From NCBI GenBank assembly GCA_030754595.1, contig JASLZZ010000118.1:1-39794 (forward strand): a stretch of DNA of 39,794 bases, in the 5' to 3' direction. The stretch is from Nitrospinota bacterium (GTDB lineage Bacteria; UBA8248). Each line of letters starts with the position of its first letter. The first letter of the stretch is position 1. The translations under genes and the position numbers were made by a program. Shown here piece after piece: positions 27,840-37,227 of this stretch. Under the pieces are notes generated by a model. The model made no database searches. It saw only the letters and a list, made by a program, of their open reading frames with translations, and was not told where the DNA came from.

Positions 27840-28679
27840 ATGAACGCCGACAATCCGAAAGGCTATGAAAATCCCGATTTGCTATGGACGCCCGCCCAGC
27901 TCAATGAGCGGATGGGCGATCCGAACCTGCGGATCATCGACACCCGGCCCGGCGAGCGCTTCGCCATGGGCCACATCCCCGGCGCGCGGCATTTCAACGT
28001 TTATGCGATCAACTGCGACGACTCGGACGAGGCCCCGTTGATATCGTTTCTCAGGATGTGGGCCTTCCTCCTCGGAAACCGCGGGGTGTCGTTCGAAAAC
28101 ACGATTGTTTTCTACGACGACAGGGTCGGGAACACCTGCGTCCGCGGGTTCTGGTTCCTCGAGCTCTTTGGCCACGGGGATGTCCACGTACTCGACGGCG
28201 GCTACGGCGGATGGGAGCGGGCCGGGCTGGCGACAACGCGGGACTCCGAGCCGCTCAAGGCCGCGAATTTCGAATTTAATTTACAGCGCGACCGCATCGC
28301 CACCTACAAGGACGTGCTCGCCGCCATCGAGGACGATGACCACGTGCTCCTCGACACCCGGACCGAGGGCGAGTGGCTGGGCACCGAGGCCCGGGCCAAG
28401 AGAGGGGGCGCACTGCCCGGCGCGGTCTGGCAGGAGTGGCTCGCCCATCTCACCCCGGAGGGGGAGATGAAACCGGCATCGGAACTCAGGGCGCAGTTCG
28501 AGGCCATCGGGGTCACGCCTGAAAAAGAGGTGACCGCCTACTGACAGACGGGCTACCGTGCGGCGCACGGTTATCTCGCCCTCAGGCTCCTGGGCTACAC
28601 AAAGGTGCGCAACTATATGAGTTCGTGGAAGGAATGGGGCAACCGGGAGGGGATGCCCATCGAGATTCCGTCCCGGTAA
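27840..28679 (+). CDS. Two-domain rhodanese/sulfurtransferase (SseA/TST-like), probable selenoprotein (Sec at TGA 28542-28544)
   Basis: IIDTR, GHIPGA, LDGG...W, LLDTR..E. After the TGA the frame continues [27 protein letters not shown] to TAA 28679. The TGA sits exactly at the catalytic Cys of the Y-C-x-x-G-x-R loop. Confidence 0.88.
28541..28585 (+). promoter_or_regulatory. Bacterial SECIS-like hairpin
   Basis: Upper stem ACCGTGC(28555-61)/GCACGGT(28565-71) with a GGC apical loop starting 17 nt after the UGA. Lower pairings GGGC/GCCC and CTGA/TCAG. Confidence 0.7.
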
Positions 28680-29046
28680 ATTGCCGTCCCAATAAAGTAT
28701 TGTTTTAAAATCTATTAGCTGGTTCCTGCGCCAGATTCCAACCGGAGCATTCGGTACCGTTTCGGGCGAAAATGCGGAAATTCCCCCGCGCCCGGAAAGC
28801 CCGAAAAAAAAACCCGCATTCGCAGAATAAAACCCCCGCCGGTTTCTTCCAGGTATACGGCTCTTTTTTTGTTGAGATCGCCCGGAATCGATATTCCCTG
28901 ATGCCGGGGCCTATTTCTCAACAAAATAGCCGTTCTCAATTTCGATGAGCGTTTACCGGAAAGACCTATTTCACCAACGGGACGAAATCGGTGCGGAAGA
29001 CCGAAAGATCCCTCAGCGCCAGGCGGCTACTCTCCTGGAGGAGACA

Positions 29047-29493
29047 ATGTTCATGAAAAGGTTTCGCGTGATACTCGCACTAGCTCTTATCCTCGGACTG
29101 GGGACAGCTGGCTCGGCCACCGCCGCGCCCAAGCTCAACCTCGGCGCCGCCAGCAACAACGGCGGCATGATCGTCTTCGCGGGCGTGGGCCGGAGCATTT
29201 TCGCCAAGCACGGCATCGACGCCAAGGTGGTCGTCCGCAACACGGGTGCCCAGCACACCAAGTCGCTCAAGGCCGACCAGATAGATTTCGCCCCCGCCGC
29301 CTTCACCAACCTGCCCGCCGCCCTTGAGCGCGGCATCAAGGTGCGCGGCGTCGTCGGCTACGTGGGCGGCTCCTACTGGAAGCTCACCACCGACGGCATG
29401 GTCGGCATCGCCGTTCGCCCCGGCAGGGGGATCACCTCCATCGGCCGGGATCCCCCCCCGGTGCCGGGATCATTCCGCCCGTTTGGCATATGA
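29047..29493 (+). pseudogene. Truncated ABC transporter substrate-binding protein (SsuA/THI5/NMT1-like)
   Basis: SD GGAGG, signal peptide, IFAKHGID, LKADQIDFA, GIAVRPGRGITSI. Family-like sequence stops abruptly at ~29442, where 'DLKGK' would be expected. Only ~150 aa and no permease nearby. Confidence 0.7.
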
Positions 29494-29527
29494 TTGGGAC
29501 CAGACCTCCGATGCGATCGGCTTTTAA

Positions 29528-29589
29528 CTTCCGGGTGAAGGTCACCTTCTGGGTGAAGGCCACCTTCCGGGTGAGGGTCACCTTCCGGG
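29528..29589. repeat. 18-bp tandem repeat (3.4 copies) with internal palindromes
   Basis: CTTCCGGGTGAAGGTCAC, CTTCTGGGTGAAGGCCAC, CTTCCGGGTGAGGGTCAC, CTTCCGGG. Confidence 0.9.
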
Positions 29590-29622
29590 CAATCGCCCGG
29601 CTCAACCACTGGAGAAAATACC

Positions 29623-30384
29623 TTGAACAGATTCACGGGCCGAACCGTCATCGTCACCGGCGCGGGCGGAGGAATCGGCCGGGCATCCTGCCGCCGTCTG
29701 GCCGGTGAGGGCGCGAAGGTGGTCTGCATGGACATCGCCGACACCCGGGAGGAGACGACGAGGCTCGCCGCCGAGAGCGGAAAGGAAGCGGACGGGGTCG
29801 CCATACACGCCCCGCTCGACATCACCGACCCCGTGGGCGTGCGGGAGGCGATGGCCGCCGTCATCTCCGAGCACGGGCCGATCGACGCGCTCGTCAACTG
29901 CATCGGGGGGGGCCAGCCCCTGCCCTCGCTCGAGATTGGCGAGGCGGATTTCGAGTCCATGTTCGAATTCAATGTGAAGAGCGTCTACCGTTGCTGCTGG
30001 GCGGTGCTGCCGCACATGACCGAGAGAAAAACTGGGAAAATCGTGAACTTCTCGTCCGTGGCCGGGCGATCGGCGAGCGTCCTCCAGGGGGCACACTACT
30101 CGAGCTCGAAGGCAGCCGTCATCGGCCTCACCCGCCATCTCGCCCGTGAGTTCGGCCCCTCGGGGATCAACGTCAACGCCATCGCCCCGGGGGTCACCGC
30201 CACCGCCCGCATCGTGGCTCAGATGACGCCCGAGCAGGAGGCCCGCACCATCGCGGCCACTCCGCTGGGCCGCATCGCCGCGCCCGAGGACATGGCCGGC
30301 GTCGTCGCCTTCCTCGCCTCGGACGACGCGCGTCACGTCACCGGCGCCACCGTGGATGTCAACGGAGGGTTCTTTCTGGCCTAG
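29623..30384 (+). CDS. SDR family oxidoreductase (FabG-like)
   Basis: TGAGGGIG, LVNCIG, YSSSK, VNAIAPG, TPLGR, VTGATVDVNGG. TTG after GGAG. Confidence 0.92.
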   Translation: MNRFTGRTVIVTGAGGGIGRASCRRLAGEGAKVVCMDIADTREETTRLAAESGKEADGVAIHAPLDITDPVGVREAMAAVISEHGPIDALVNCIGGGQPLPSLEIGEADFESMFEFNVKSVYRCCWAVLPHMTERKTGKIVNFSSVAGRSASVLQGAHYSSSKAAVIGLTRHLAREFGPSGINVNAIAPGVTATARIVAQMTPEQEARTIAATPLGRIAAPEDMAGVVAFLASDDARHVTGATVDVNGGFFLA

Positions 30385-30543
30385 GGCACAGGGGACCGAA
30401 GAGTTGGGGTCCGCCCAGCGGAGGGGTATTCACGAGAGACGCCGCCGGGAATAAGGCGGGAGGGTTCCGGCCTGGCGCCAAAAGAGAAGCCGCCGGGAAT
30501 TAATACAGGAGCTACAGGGGTGTGTCTCGGCCGTTCCTGGTCC

Positions 30544-32685
30544 TCAACCCTCCTGGGCGTCCGCCTGCGCCGCCATGACGGGGACCTCGGGCTCCCCGAA
30601 CACCTTGGGCCGAGCCCGCTGCATCAGCAGGTTCACCACCATCAGGGCGAGCCCCACCGCCTTGAAGCCAATCCCGTTCCAGAAGAACAGAAGCGAGGCG
30701 GCGGACAAAATTCCCCTGTCCGGCCAGGTCAGCACCCGGATGAAATATCCTTCGAGCACCGCCGCCGAGCAAATAAAACCGAGGGACGCCCCCACCCAGA
30801 CAAGTATCACCTCGCTCCAGGGTCCGTCCATGAGGATGGGCGTATAGGCCATCAGGAGCGGAATGACGTAGAGCGGCTTGGCCAGCTTGAGGGATTTAAA
30901 GCCCGTCTCCATCGGATCGCACTGGGCGATGCCCGCCGCGATGAAAGCACCCAGCGCGAAGGGCGGCGTCAGCGCCGCGTCCTGGCTCAGCCACAGCACA
31001 ATCATATGCGAGGTGAGCATGGAGAGGCCGAGTTCTTGGAGGGCCGGGCCCGCGAGGATGATGATCAGGATGTAGCTCGCCGTGATCGTCATCCCCATGC
31101 CGAGGATATAACTCGCCAGCGCCACCAGCACGACCGCCAGGAAAATAAAACCGTACGAATACGACAGGATAATCAAGGTCATCTTCTGGGCGAGATCGGG
31201 GTGGGTCACCCCGGTGAGAACTAGGCCCATCACACCCGCCGTCGCGCCGATGACGAGGGAATTGGTGGAGCCCTGAACAAAGGCGCTCGAAATCTCGGTC
31301 ATGATCCGGCGGGCCTCGTCGTGGCGCCAGGCCGCCAGGCAGGCGATTGCCGTGTAGAGGTAGAGCATGTCGCCGCCGTAGGCGGCGCTCGCGACGAACA
31401 CGGCGGCCTCGATGCCCAGAAGATACCAGCACTTCTGCCGAATCGTGCTGAAAACGATGGCCGATGCAATCGACCAGAAACCCGCGAAGAAGGGCGAGAA
31501 TTGAAGGATCAGGAGCGTGATGAGAATAACCACCGGCATCAGCAGGATTCCGTCCTTGCGCATGATAGCCCAAAAGTCCGGCAATTCCTCTTTTCCCAGG
31601 CCGTGTAAATTATGGCGCGAGGCGTAATAGTGAACCGACATGAAGACGGACAGGTAGTACAGGAACGCCGGCACCAGGCTGATCAGCGCCACCCGCCAGT
31701 AAGGCGTCTCGGTCATCGCGGCGAGGATGAAGGCGGTCGAGGCCATGATCGGGGGCATGAGGTGACCGCCGATGCTGGCGACCGCCTCGGTCGCCGCCGC
31801 GAAGGTGGGACGGAACCCCCCCTTTTTCATCAAGGGAATTGTGAAAGTGCCGGTGATGACGATGTTGGCCGCGCCGCTTCCCACGATCGATCCGACCATG
31901 CCGCTCGATACGACCGCCGCCTTCGCGGCCCCGCCCTTGTAGCGGCCCACGAGGGCGAAGGCGAGGTCCACGAACACATCGCCCACCCGGGTGGCCTGAA
32001 GGAGCGCGCCGAAGATCAGGAAGATGAACACCACCTGGGCGTAAACCCGGGTAATGACGCCGTATATGCCGGACTGGCTGTAGAGATAGCTCATGACGTA
32101 GCCGAACTCGGCGCCCTTGTGAGAGAACTCGCCCGGGAAATAGGGCCCCGCCCAGTCGTAGAAAAGAAACACGATGGCGATGATGGGCAGGATGAGGCCC
32201 AACACGCGGCGGCACATCTCCCAGACGAGACAGGCGGCGGTAAAACCGAACACCACGTCATTCCAGGGGGGGATGTTTCCGGCCGTTTCGCCCCGGTAGT
32301 CGTAGAAATAGATGAATTCGCACAGAATGACAAAAGACATGACGCACATGGCGATGTCCAACCCCGAGGGGCGATCCTGGGGCGAACTCTCCCTCGCGGG
32401 ATAGAGCATGTAGGTCAAAACTGAGGTGAAGAAAATAAACAAAGGCAGCGAGAACTGCTCGCCGTAGTAGGGAAGATACGGAAAATCGATTTGAAAAAGA
32501 TTCCAGCTTCTCGGACCGAAGAGGGTGAAGCTGCCGTTGACGGCGCCGAACAGAAAGTAGACGGCGAAAATAAACCCGACGACCCGGAGCGCCCACAGGT
32601 AGCCGCCGGTCAGCGTACGGGTCTGGGCAAGGCCCGCCCCCAAGAAATCCCGCAACTTCGCTAAAAATCCATTTGATTCGGCCAT
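30544..32685 (-). CDS. TRAP transporter fused 4TM/12TM permease (TAXI type)
   Basis: GGAAKAAVVSS, GSGAAN...TGTFTIPLMK, EAVASIGG..MPPIM, LGMG...TASYI, TPP.AL.AF.AAGIA; highly hydrophobic. Confidence 0.93.
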   Translation of the reverse strand: MAESNGFLAKLRDFLGAGLAQTRTLTGGYLWALRVVGFIFAVYFLFGAVNGSFTLFGPRSWNLFQIDFPYLPYYGEQFSLPLFIFFTSVLTYMLYPARESSPQDRPSGLDIAMCVMSFVILCEFIYFYDYRGETAGNIPPWNDVVFGFTAACLVWEMCRRVLGLILPIIAIVFLFYDWAGPYFPGEFSHKGAEFGYVMSYLYSQSGIYGVITRVYAQVVFIFLIFGALLQATRVGDVFVDLAFALVGRYKGGAAKAAVVSSGMVGSIVGSGAANIVITGTFTIPLMKKGGFRPTFAAATEAVASIGGHLMPPIMASTAFILAAMTETPYWRVALISLVPAFLYYLSVFMSVHYYASRHNLHGLGKEELPDFWAIMRKDGILLMPVVILITLLILQFSPFFAGFWSIASAIVFSTIRQKCWYLLGIEAAVFVASAAYGGDMLYLYTAIACLAAWRHDEARRIMTEISSAFVQGSTNSLVIGATAGVMGLVLTGVTHPDLAQKMTLIILSYSYGFIFLAVVLVALASYILGMGMTITASYILIIILAGPALQELGLSMLTSHMIVLWLSQDAALTPPFALGAFIAAGIAQCDPMETGFKSLKLAKPLYVIPLLMAYTPILMDGPWSEVILVWVGASLGFICSAAVLEGYFIRVLTWPDRGILSAASLLFFWNGIGFKAVGLALMVVNLLMQRARPKVFGEPEVPVMAAQADAQEG

Positions 32686-32763
32686 AAATCTATCCAGCGA
32701 GACGGCGGAGCCCCTTCGGTTCGAGGAATAAAATTTTCAGGGCGGACTAGCGATAATAGCGCT

Positions 32764-32794
32764 CTCCCGGGAAGGCTCACCGCCTCCCCGGGAG
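32764..32794 (-). other. Intercistronic stem-loop between the TAXI receptor and permease genes
   Basis: Minus strand CTCCCGGGGAGGC-GGTGA-GCCTTCCCGGGAG, 13-bp stem with one G-U. Typical position for a hairpin that stabilises binding-protein mRNA. Confidence 0.6.
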
Positions 32795-32812
32795 GGTACA
32801 AACAAACAATCC

Positions 32813-33799
32813 TTACTGTATGTTGGCCGGAATCTTGTGGCCCTGTTCTTTCCAATAGCGGGCGGCGCCCGGATGGATCTTCATGTTGATCGCGCCCATC
32901 TGATCTAGCGCGGGCGAGATCGCGAATCCGGTAGACCAACCCTTGTGCACCTTGAGCAGATAACTTCTTCCCTTTTTCGAATAGTTCAGGCGCGTCACTT
33001 CGTACACCACGTCCGCCGGGACATTGCAGCCGGCAATCGTCCAGGCAGTGTAGCCGATGGTGGGCACTTCCTTATCCTGACCATCGTAGGAATTCGCCGG
33101 AATGCTGATCGGGAAGTAAGCCTTGTTCATCGTCAACATCGTTTTAAGGACCTTACCGTCCACCGGTAAAAGCGTGATGGGCTGCGCGGTGGAGAATTTC
33201 ACGAACGCCGGCGAAGGGACCGGATTCGGAATCGTGAACGCGTCCAGCCGGTTGTCCTTCACGGCGTCGGCGGCCACGTTCCAGTTCAGGTTCTCCTCGC
33301 GCACCTTGATGCCCGCCAGCTTCATGATGGTCCGGGTCATGAAGTGGGTGCTCGATCCCTTCCGGGCGAAGCTCACGCGCTTTCCATCCAAATCCTGCAC
33401 GGTTTTGATCCCGGAGCTTTTCTTCACGCCGATATGGAACAACGAGACGGTTCCGGGTCCAACGCCACACTGGTTGGTATAGGGCTTTTTGAACATCTTT
33501 TTGCCCTTGATCGCCAGGTCCACAAGCGTGGCGACGCCGAGCGCGAATTCGGCCTTGCCGTTTTCAACCAGCCGGATATCTTCGACCGCGCCGCGCGTGG
33601 TGAGGTTGCTCATCTCGACGGTTTTCGATGTCTTGGAAACATAGGCCGCCAGGCCGCCCCAAATCACATAGGCCGCCGCTCCGGGTGCCGCGCCCGCGAC
33701 CGAGGTCTTCACCCGCGCCGCGAAGGCGCCCGGCGCCGTCATGGCCACCACGACAAAAATCGCTACAAATGCGACCACTGCTCTACGAATTGCGCTCAT
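32813..33799 (-). CDS. TAXI-family TRAP solute-binding protein
   Basis: Signal peptide, T.GAVE..RL, SGIKTVQDLDGKRVS...GS, IPANSY.GQ, VVYE.T, HPGAARYWKE. ATG 33799. Confidence 0.92.
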   Translation of the reverse strand: MSAIRRAVVAFVAIFVVVAMTAPGAFAARVKTSVAGAAPGAAAYVIWGGLAAYVSKTSKTVEMSNLTTRGAVEDIRLVENGKAEFALGVATLVDLAIKGKKMFKKPYTNQCGVGPGTVSLFHIGVKKSSGIKTVQDLDGKRVSFARKGSSTHFMTRTIMKLAGIKVREENLNWNVAADAVKDNRLDAFTIPNPVPSPAFVKFSTAQPITLLPVDGKVLKTMLTMNKAYFPISIPANSYDGQDKEVPTIGYTAWTIAGCNVPADVVYEVTRLNYSKKGRSYLLKVHKGWSTGFAISPALDQMGAINMKIHPGAARYWKEQGHKIPANIQ

Positions 33800-33910
33800 C
33801 TTCGCCTCTCCTTTTAATGAAACCGGGGTTACCCCCTCTTTGAAATCTCTCCCACCCCTCACGGGTGAGAAAAAAATCCGCCTCAAATAAATTGTAGAAC
33901 TCTCGTTTGA

Positions 33911-33924
33911 CTTGAATATTCAAG
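33911..33924. promoter_or_regulatory. Palindromic operator-like site CTTGAATATTCAAG (copy 2)
   Basis: Perfect 14-bp palindrome upstream of the TAXI gene in a divergent promoter region. Confidence 0.5.
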
Positions 33925-34231
33925 ATGGTAACGAATCGCACCTGCGAAAGCAATCAAGCTTTTCCCGGCCCGGGCGCGGGCCAAAGCGCGGCGCGGCCGC
34001 TAAAGCCCCTTATTCAACGGGTTTAGGGAGGAGGGTTCCCCAACTAAGAGTGGTCCCCAGTTCCCGTTGGAGGCCGCACGGCCCCCCACCGGGACCCGGA
34101 GGGGCGCCCCTGCCGCTTGCCTGGGCTGTGGGAGCAGGCCAGAATGTCCCCCGATTCGTAAAAAGAAACGTGAAAATAAATTCGCCCCGGACCGCCCCGA
34201 GGGGGTACTGTATTAAGGAAACCCGGCGATT

Positions 34232-35401
34232 GTGCTGATCTTCAAATTTCAGGGGAGGCGGGCCACTAAGTGGCGAGCCACCCGGGGAACCACTCGGGGA
34301 GCGCCTCTCGCCAGACGGCTCCTTCGCAACAAACTATCTGCGCCTCTCGCCGCCCTGCTGGCTCTCGCGCTTATGACTTCCCCGCCAGCCCGGGCAGACG
34401 AAGAGGCAGCCGGCAAATCACAGCTCCTCTACACCTCGGTTCCAAAATCCCTTCTCGCGCCGCTCAGAAAGAGCTTTGAGAAAAATCACCCGGGCTGGAG
34501 GCTCCGGGTATTCCGAGCCCGAGCGGGTACGGTCATCGATCGCATCGAGACCGAGTGGCGAGAGGGCCGCGCCCGCGCCGACATTTTGTGGGCGGGCGAC
34601 GCCTCCCTTTTCGCCGCCTATAAAAAAGCCGGGCGGCTCTCCCCCTATTCTCCACCCGGAGCCTCGGCCGTCCCTCCCGATCTCAAGGACCCCGGTGGCT
34701 TCTACCACGCCGTCCGTCTCTTCCATTTGATCCTCGCCCACAACAAAAGCTCGCGCGCCCCCGCGCCCAAGGGTTTCGCCGACCTCGCCCGCCCCATTCC
34801 CCGGAAAAAGGGGCCCGGGCCCGGCCCCCTCGTCCTCCCCTCCCCGGTAAAATCGGGCGCATCGCTCGCCGGTTTTTTCGCCTGGAGCCGGGCGCCGGAC
34901 CTCGGCTGGAAATTTATTCGCCGCCTGATTCTCGGCCATCCGGAATTCGGGGATACTTTCGGCGCCGCGGCTGAACTTCTCAAAAAAAACGAAGCGCGGG
35001 CCGCTGTGATGGCCGATTTTATCGCCTACCCCCACTTGAAGAACCGCCCGGGCATCGAAATCGTCTGGCCCGCCGAGGGAGCGATCACCATTTCCGGCCC
35101 CGCCGGGATCGTCAAAAAAAGCGGCCCCGCCGGAATCGCCGGGAAAGCGGCCGAAAACGCCGGCGCGCGGCGCCTCGCCGATTTTCTTCTGTCGAAACCG
35201 GCCCAGGAAATTATCAGAAAGAGCGGCCTCTACGCGGCGCGCACCGACATACCTCCGCCGGAAGGGCGCCCGCCGCTCGATAAAATAAAGAGGATGCCGG
35301 TCGCCTGGGAGGAACTCCCAGCCGCCGAGCGGGAGTTGCTCTCGCAGGTTGGCGGGCTGATATCGCTGGCAAAAAGAAATGAGAAGAAGAGAAAAAAATA
35401 G
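34232..35401 (+). CDS. ABC transporter extracellular solute-binding protein (Fe3+/AfuA-like family)
   Basis: Signal peptide ending PPARA, LYTS, F....G....RI..E, ADILW, L.PY.P, KDP.G, P.P.KSG, P.EG, FLLSK.AQ, R.DI.PP. Start position uncertain. Confidence 0.75.
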   Translation: MLIFKFQGRRATKWRATRGTTRGAPLARRLLRNKLSAPLAALLALALMTSPPARADEEAAGKSQLLYTSVPKSLLAPLRKSFEKNHPGWRLRVFRARAGTVIDRIETEWREGRARADILWAGDASLFAAYKKAGRLSPYSPPGASAVPPDLKDPGGFYHAVRLFHLILAHNKSSRAPAPKGFADLARPIPRKKGPGPGPLVLPSPVKSGASLAGFFAWSRAPDLGWKFIRRLILGHPEFGDTFGAAAELLKKNEARAAVMADFIAYPHLKNRPGIEIVWPAEGAITISGPAGIVKKSGPAGIAGKAAENAGARRLADFLLSKPAQEIIRKSGLYAARTDIPPPEGRPPLDKIKRMPVAWEELPAAERELLSQVGGLISLAKRNEKKRKK

Positions 35402-35425
35402 CGGCCGCGTCAATCCACCCGCCGC

Positions 35426-36055
35426 CTAGTTGACCGATTCGCCTCCGATCCCGCCGTCCTCCGGGAGGAAGTGTCCTTTACGGCCGGCCGGGCCCTGCCC
35501 TCGCCACTTTTCGAAAAGATTCTGCTCGAGCCCGATGGCGTTGAGGGTTTTTCCGACAACGTGGTCGACGAGGTCCGCCAGGGTTTTGGGATGAAAATAA
35601 AAGCCGGGTGAGGCGGGAAGAATCATCACCCCGAGGCGCGACAGTTTGAGCATGTTCTCGAGATGAATCGCCGACAACGGCATCTCGCGCACGACGAGCA
35701 CCAGCCTGCGCCCTTCCTTGAGAATGACGTCCGCCGCGCGGCCGACGAGGGTGTCCCCCGTGCCGTGCGCGATCTGGGCGAGGGTCTTCACCGAGCAGGG
35801 CGTGACCACCATGGCGTCGAAGCCGGCGCTCCCGCTGGCGGGGGCGGCGCCGATGTCGGCCTCGGGGTGGTGAACGTCGGCCCACCGGGCGAGATCGGCC
35901 TCATCGTAGGCGGTCTCGTGGCGGAGCACGCGGCGGCCCGCCCGGCTGACGATGAGGTGGCTTTCGACATCGGGGTAGGCCTGGTGGAGAACCTCAAGAA
36001 GACGCACGCCGTATATCGAGCCCGAGGCGCCAGTGACTCCAACGATGATCTTCAT
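35426..36055 (-). CDS. ubiX: Flavin prenyltransferase UbiX
   Basis: VGVTGASG..YG, ASGS, PCS.KTLA.IA.G, RAADV.LKE.R.LVLV.RE.P, HLENM, P..P.FY..P. Confidence 0.95.
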   Translation of the reverse strand: MKIIVGVTGASGSIYGVRLLEVLHQAYPDVESHLIVSRAGRRVLRHETAYDEADLARWADVHHPEADIGAAPASGSAGFDAMVVTPCSVKTLAQIAHGTGDTLVGRAADVILKEGRRLVLVVREMPLSAIHLENMLKLSRLGVMILPASPGFYFHPKTLADLVDHVVGKTLNAIGLEQNLFEKWRGQGPAGRKGHFLPEDGGIGGESVN

Positions 36056-36229
36056 GACATCCCCTTCAAAATATTTGACTTATCCGGCCATTCCGCCGAT
36101 ATAGTACCCTTGCGTCGGCCCGCGTCCAACCCTCTCCCGTTATATTGCGCGCAAGGGCGCCACGGCCGGTTCGGAGGCCGGCGCGGCCAATGAGTCTAAC
36201 CCGAGAAATCCGAGCCCCAGGAGGTGTCG

Positions 36230-37225
36230 ATGCAGGTCCCCAGCCCCGAGGAGAGCCCCGAGAAAACTCCCTACCGCCAGCTCCACCAGCACGGCCGGCT
36301 CGGCGATCTCCTTGTGATTCACCTCATTAACACCCTCCTGAGGTGGGTCACCCTGAACATCTACCATTTCTGGGCGAAAACGCGGATTCGAGAATACCTG
36401 TGGAGCCACCAGAGCTTCGAGGACGATCGGTTCGAGTACACCGGGCGCGGGGGAGAGCTTCTCGTCGGCTTCCTCAAGGCCGCGCTCGCCATGATTGGCC
36501 TCCTCGCCCTGGCCGCGCTTATTTTCACGGGCGCCGCTCCGTCGGTGGACCCTCTCCTCGTGGGCTTGGGCGCCGCCGTCTATCTCGCAGGCAACCTCCT
36601 CGCCGCCGCAGCGGGCTACAGCGCCCGGGGCTATCTCCTGAGCCGGACCCGCTGGCGGAGCATCCGCATTGGCCAGACGGGCTCGGCGGCGAACTTCGCC
36701 CTCCGCTCGGTGGGGCTCGGCCTCCTCACCCTCATCACCCTGGGGCTGCTCTGGCCCATCCGGCGCCACTATCTCTTCGGCTATAAGATCAACAACACCC
36801 GCTTCGGAAGCACACCCTTCGCCTATGGCGGCGACGGGCGCGACCTATACGCCTGGTTCCTTCTGAGCTACCTCCTCACGATCCCCACCCTCGGGCTCAT
36901 CTGGTTCTGGTACATGGCGCGCGACACGGCCTATGTCGCCTCCCGCACCCGACTCGAGGGGCTTCGCTTCGAGATCGGCTACACCGGCGCTCAGCTCCTC
37001 GGGCTCCGCCTCGGCAACCTGTTGATCACAATCCTCACCTTCGGCTTGGGCTATCCCTGGGCGCTCCTCAGGAATTTCAGGTTCCTGTTCGCCCACCTCC
37101 GCCTCGAGGGCGAGATCAACTACGAGCGCATCCTCCAGAGCCAGGAGGAGACACCCCGGAGCGGCGAGGGCCTCGCCGAAATTTTCGGCATGAGCGGCAG
37201 CTTCCTCGGCCTGGGCCGGGTATAG
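36230..37225 (+). CDS. YjgN/DUF898 family inner membrane protein
   Basis: N.LL..VTL.IY.FWAKTR.R.YLW, FEYTG.G.EL..GF, T.WR.IR, repeated LT..TLGL..PW/W. ATG 36230 after AGGAGG. Confidence 0.88.
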   Translation: MQVPSPEESPEKTPYRQLHQHGRLGDLLVIHLINTLLRWVTLNIYHFWAKTRIREYLWSHQSFEDDRFEYTGRGGELLVGFLKAALAMIGLLALAALIFTGAAPSVDPLLVGLGAAVYLAGNLLAAAAGYSARGYLLSRTRWRSIRIGQTGSAANFALRSVGLGLLTLITLGLLWPIRRHYLFGYKINNTRFGSTPFAYGGDGRDLYAWFLLSYLLTIPTLGLIWFWYMARDTAYVASRTRLEGLRFEIGYTGAQLLGLRLGNLLITILTFGLGYPWALLRNFRFLFAHLRLEGEINYERILQSQEETPRSGEGLAEIFGMSGSFLGLGRV

Positions 37226-37227
37226 CC

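Noticed and set aside
28870..28915. TPP riboswitch upstream of the THI5/SsuA-like gene (TGAGA...CCTGAT)
   Set aside because: It lacks the downstream GCGnAGGGA-type segment and the P1/P2 architecture; the bases are better explained by the long hairpin.
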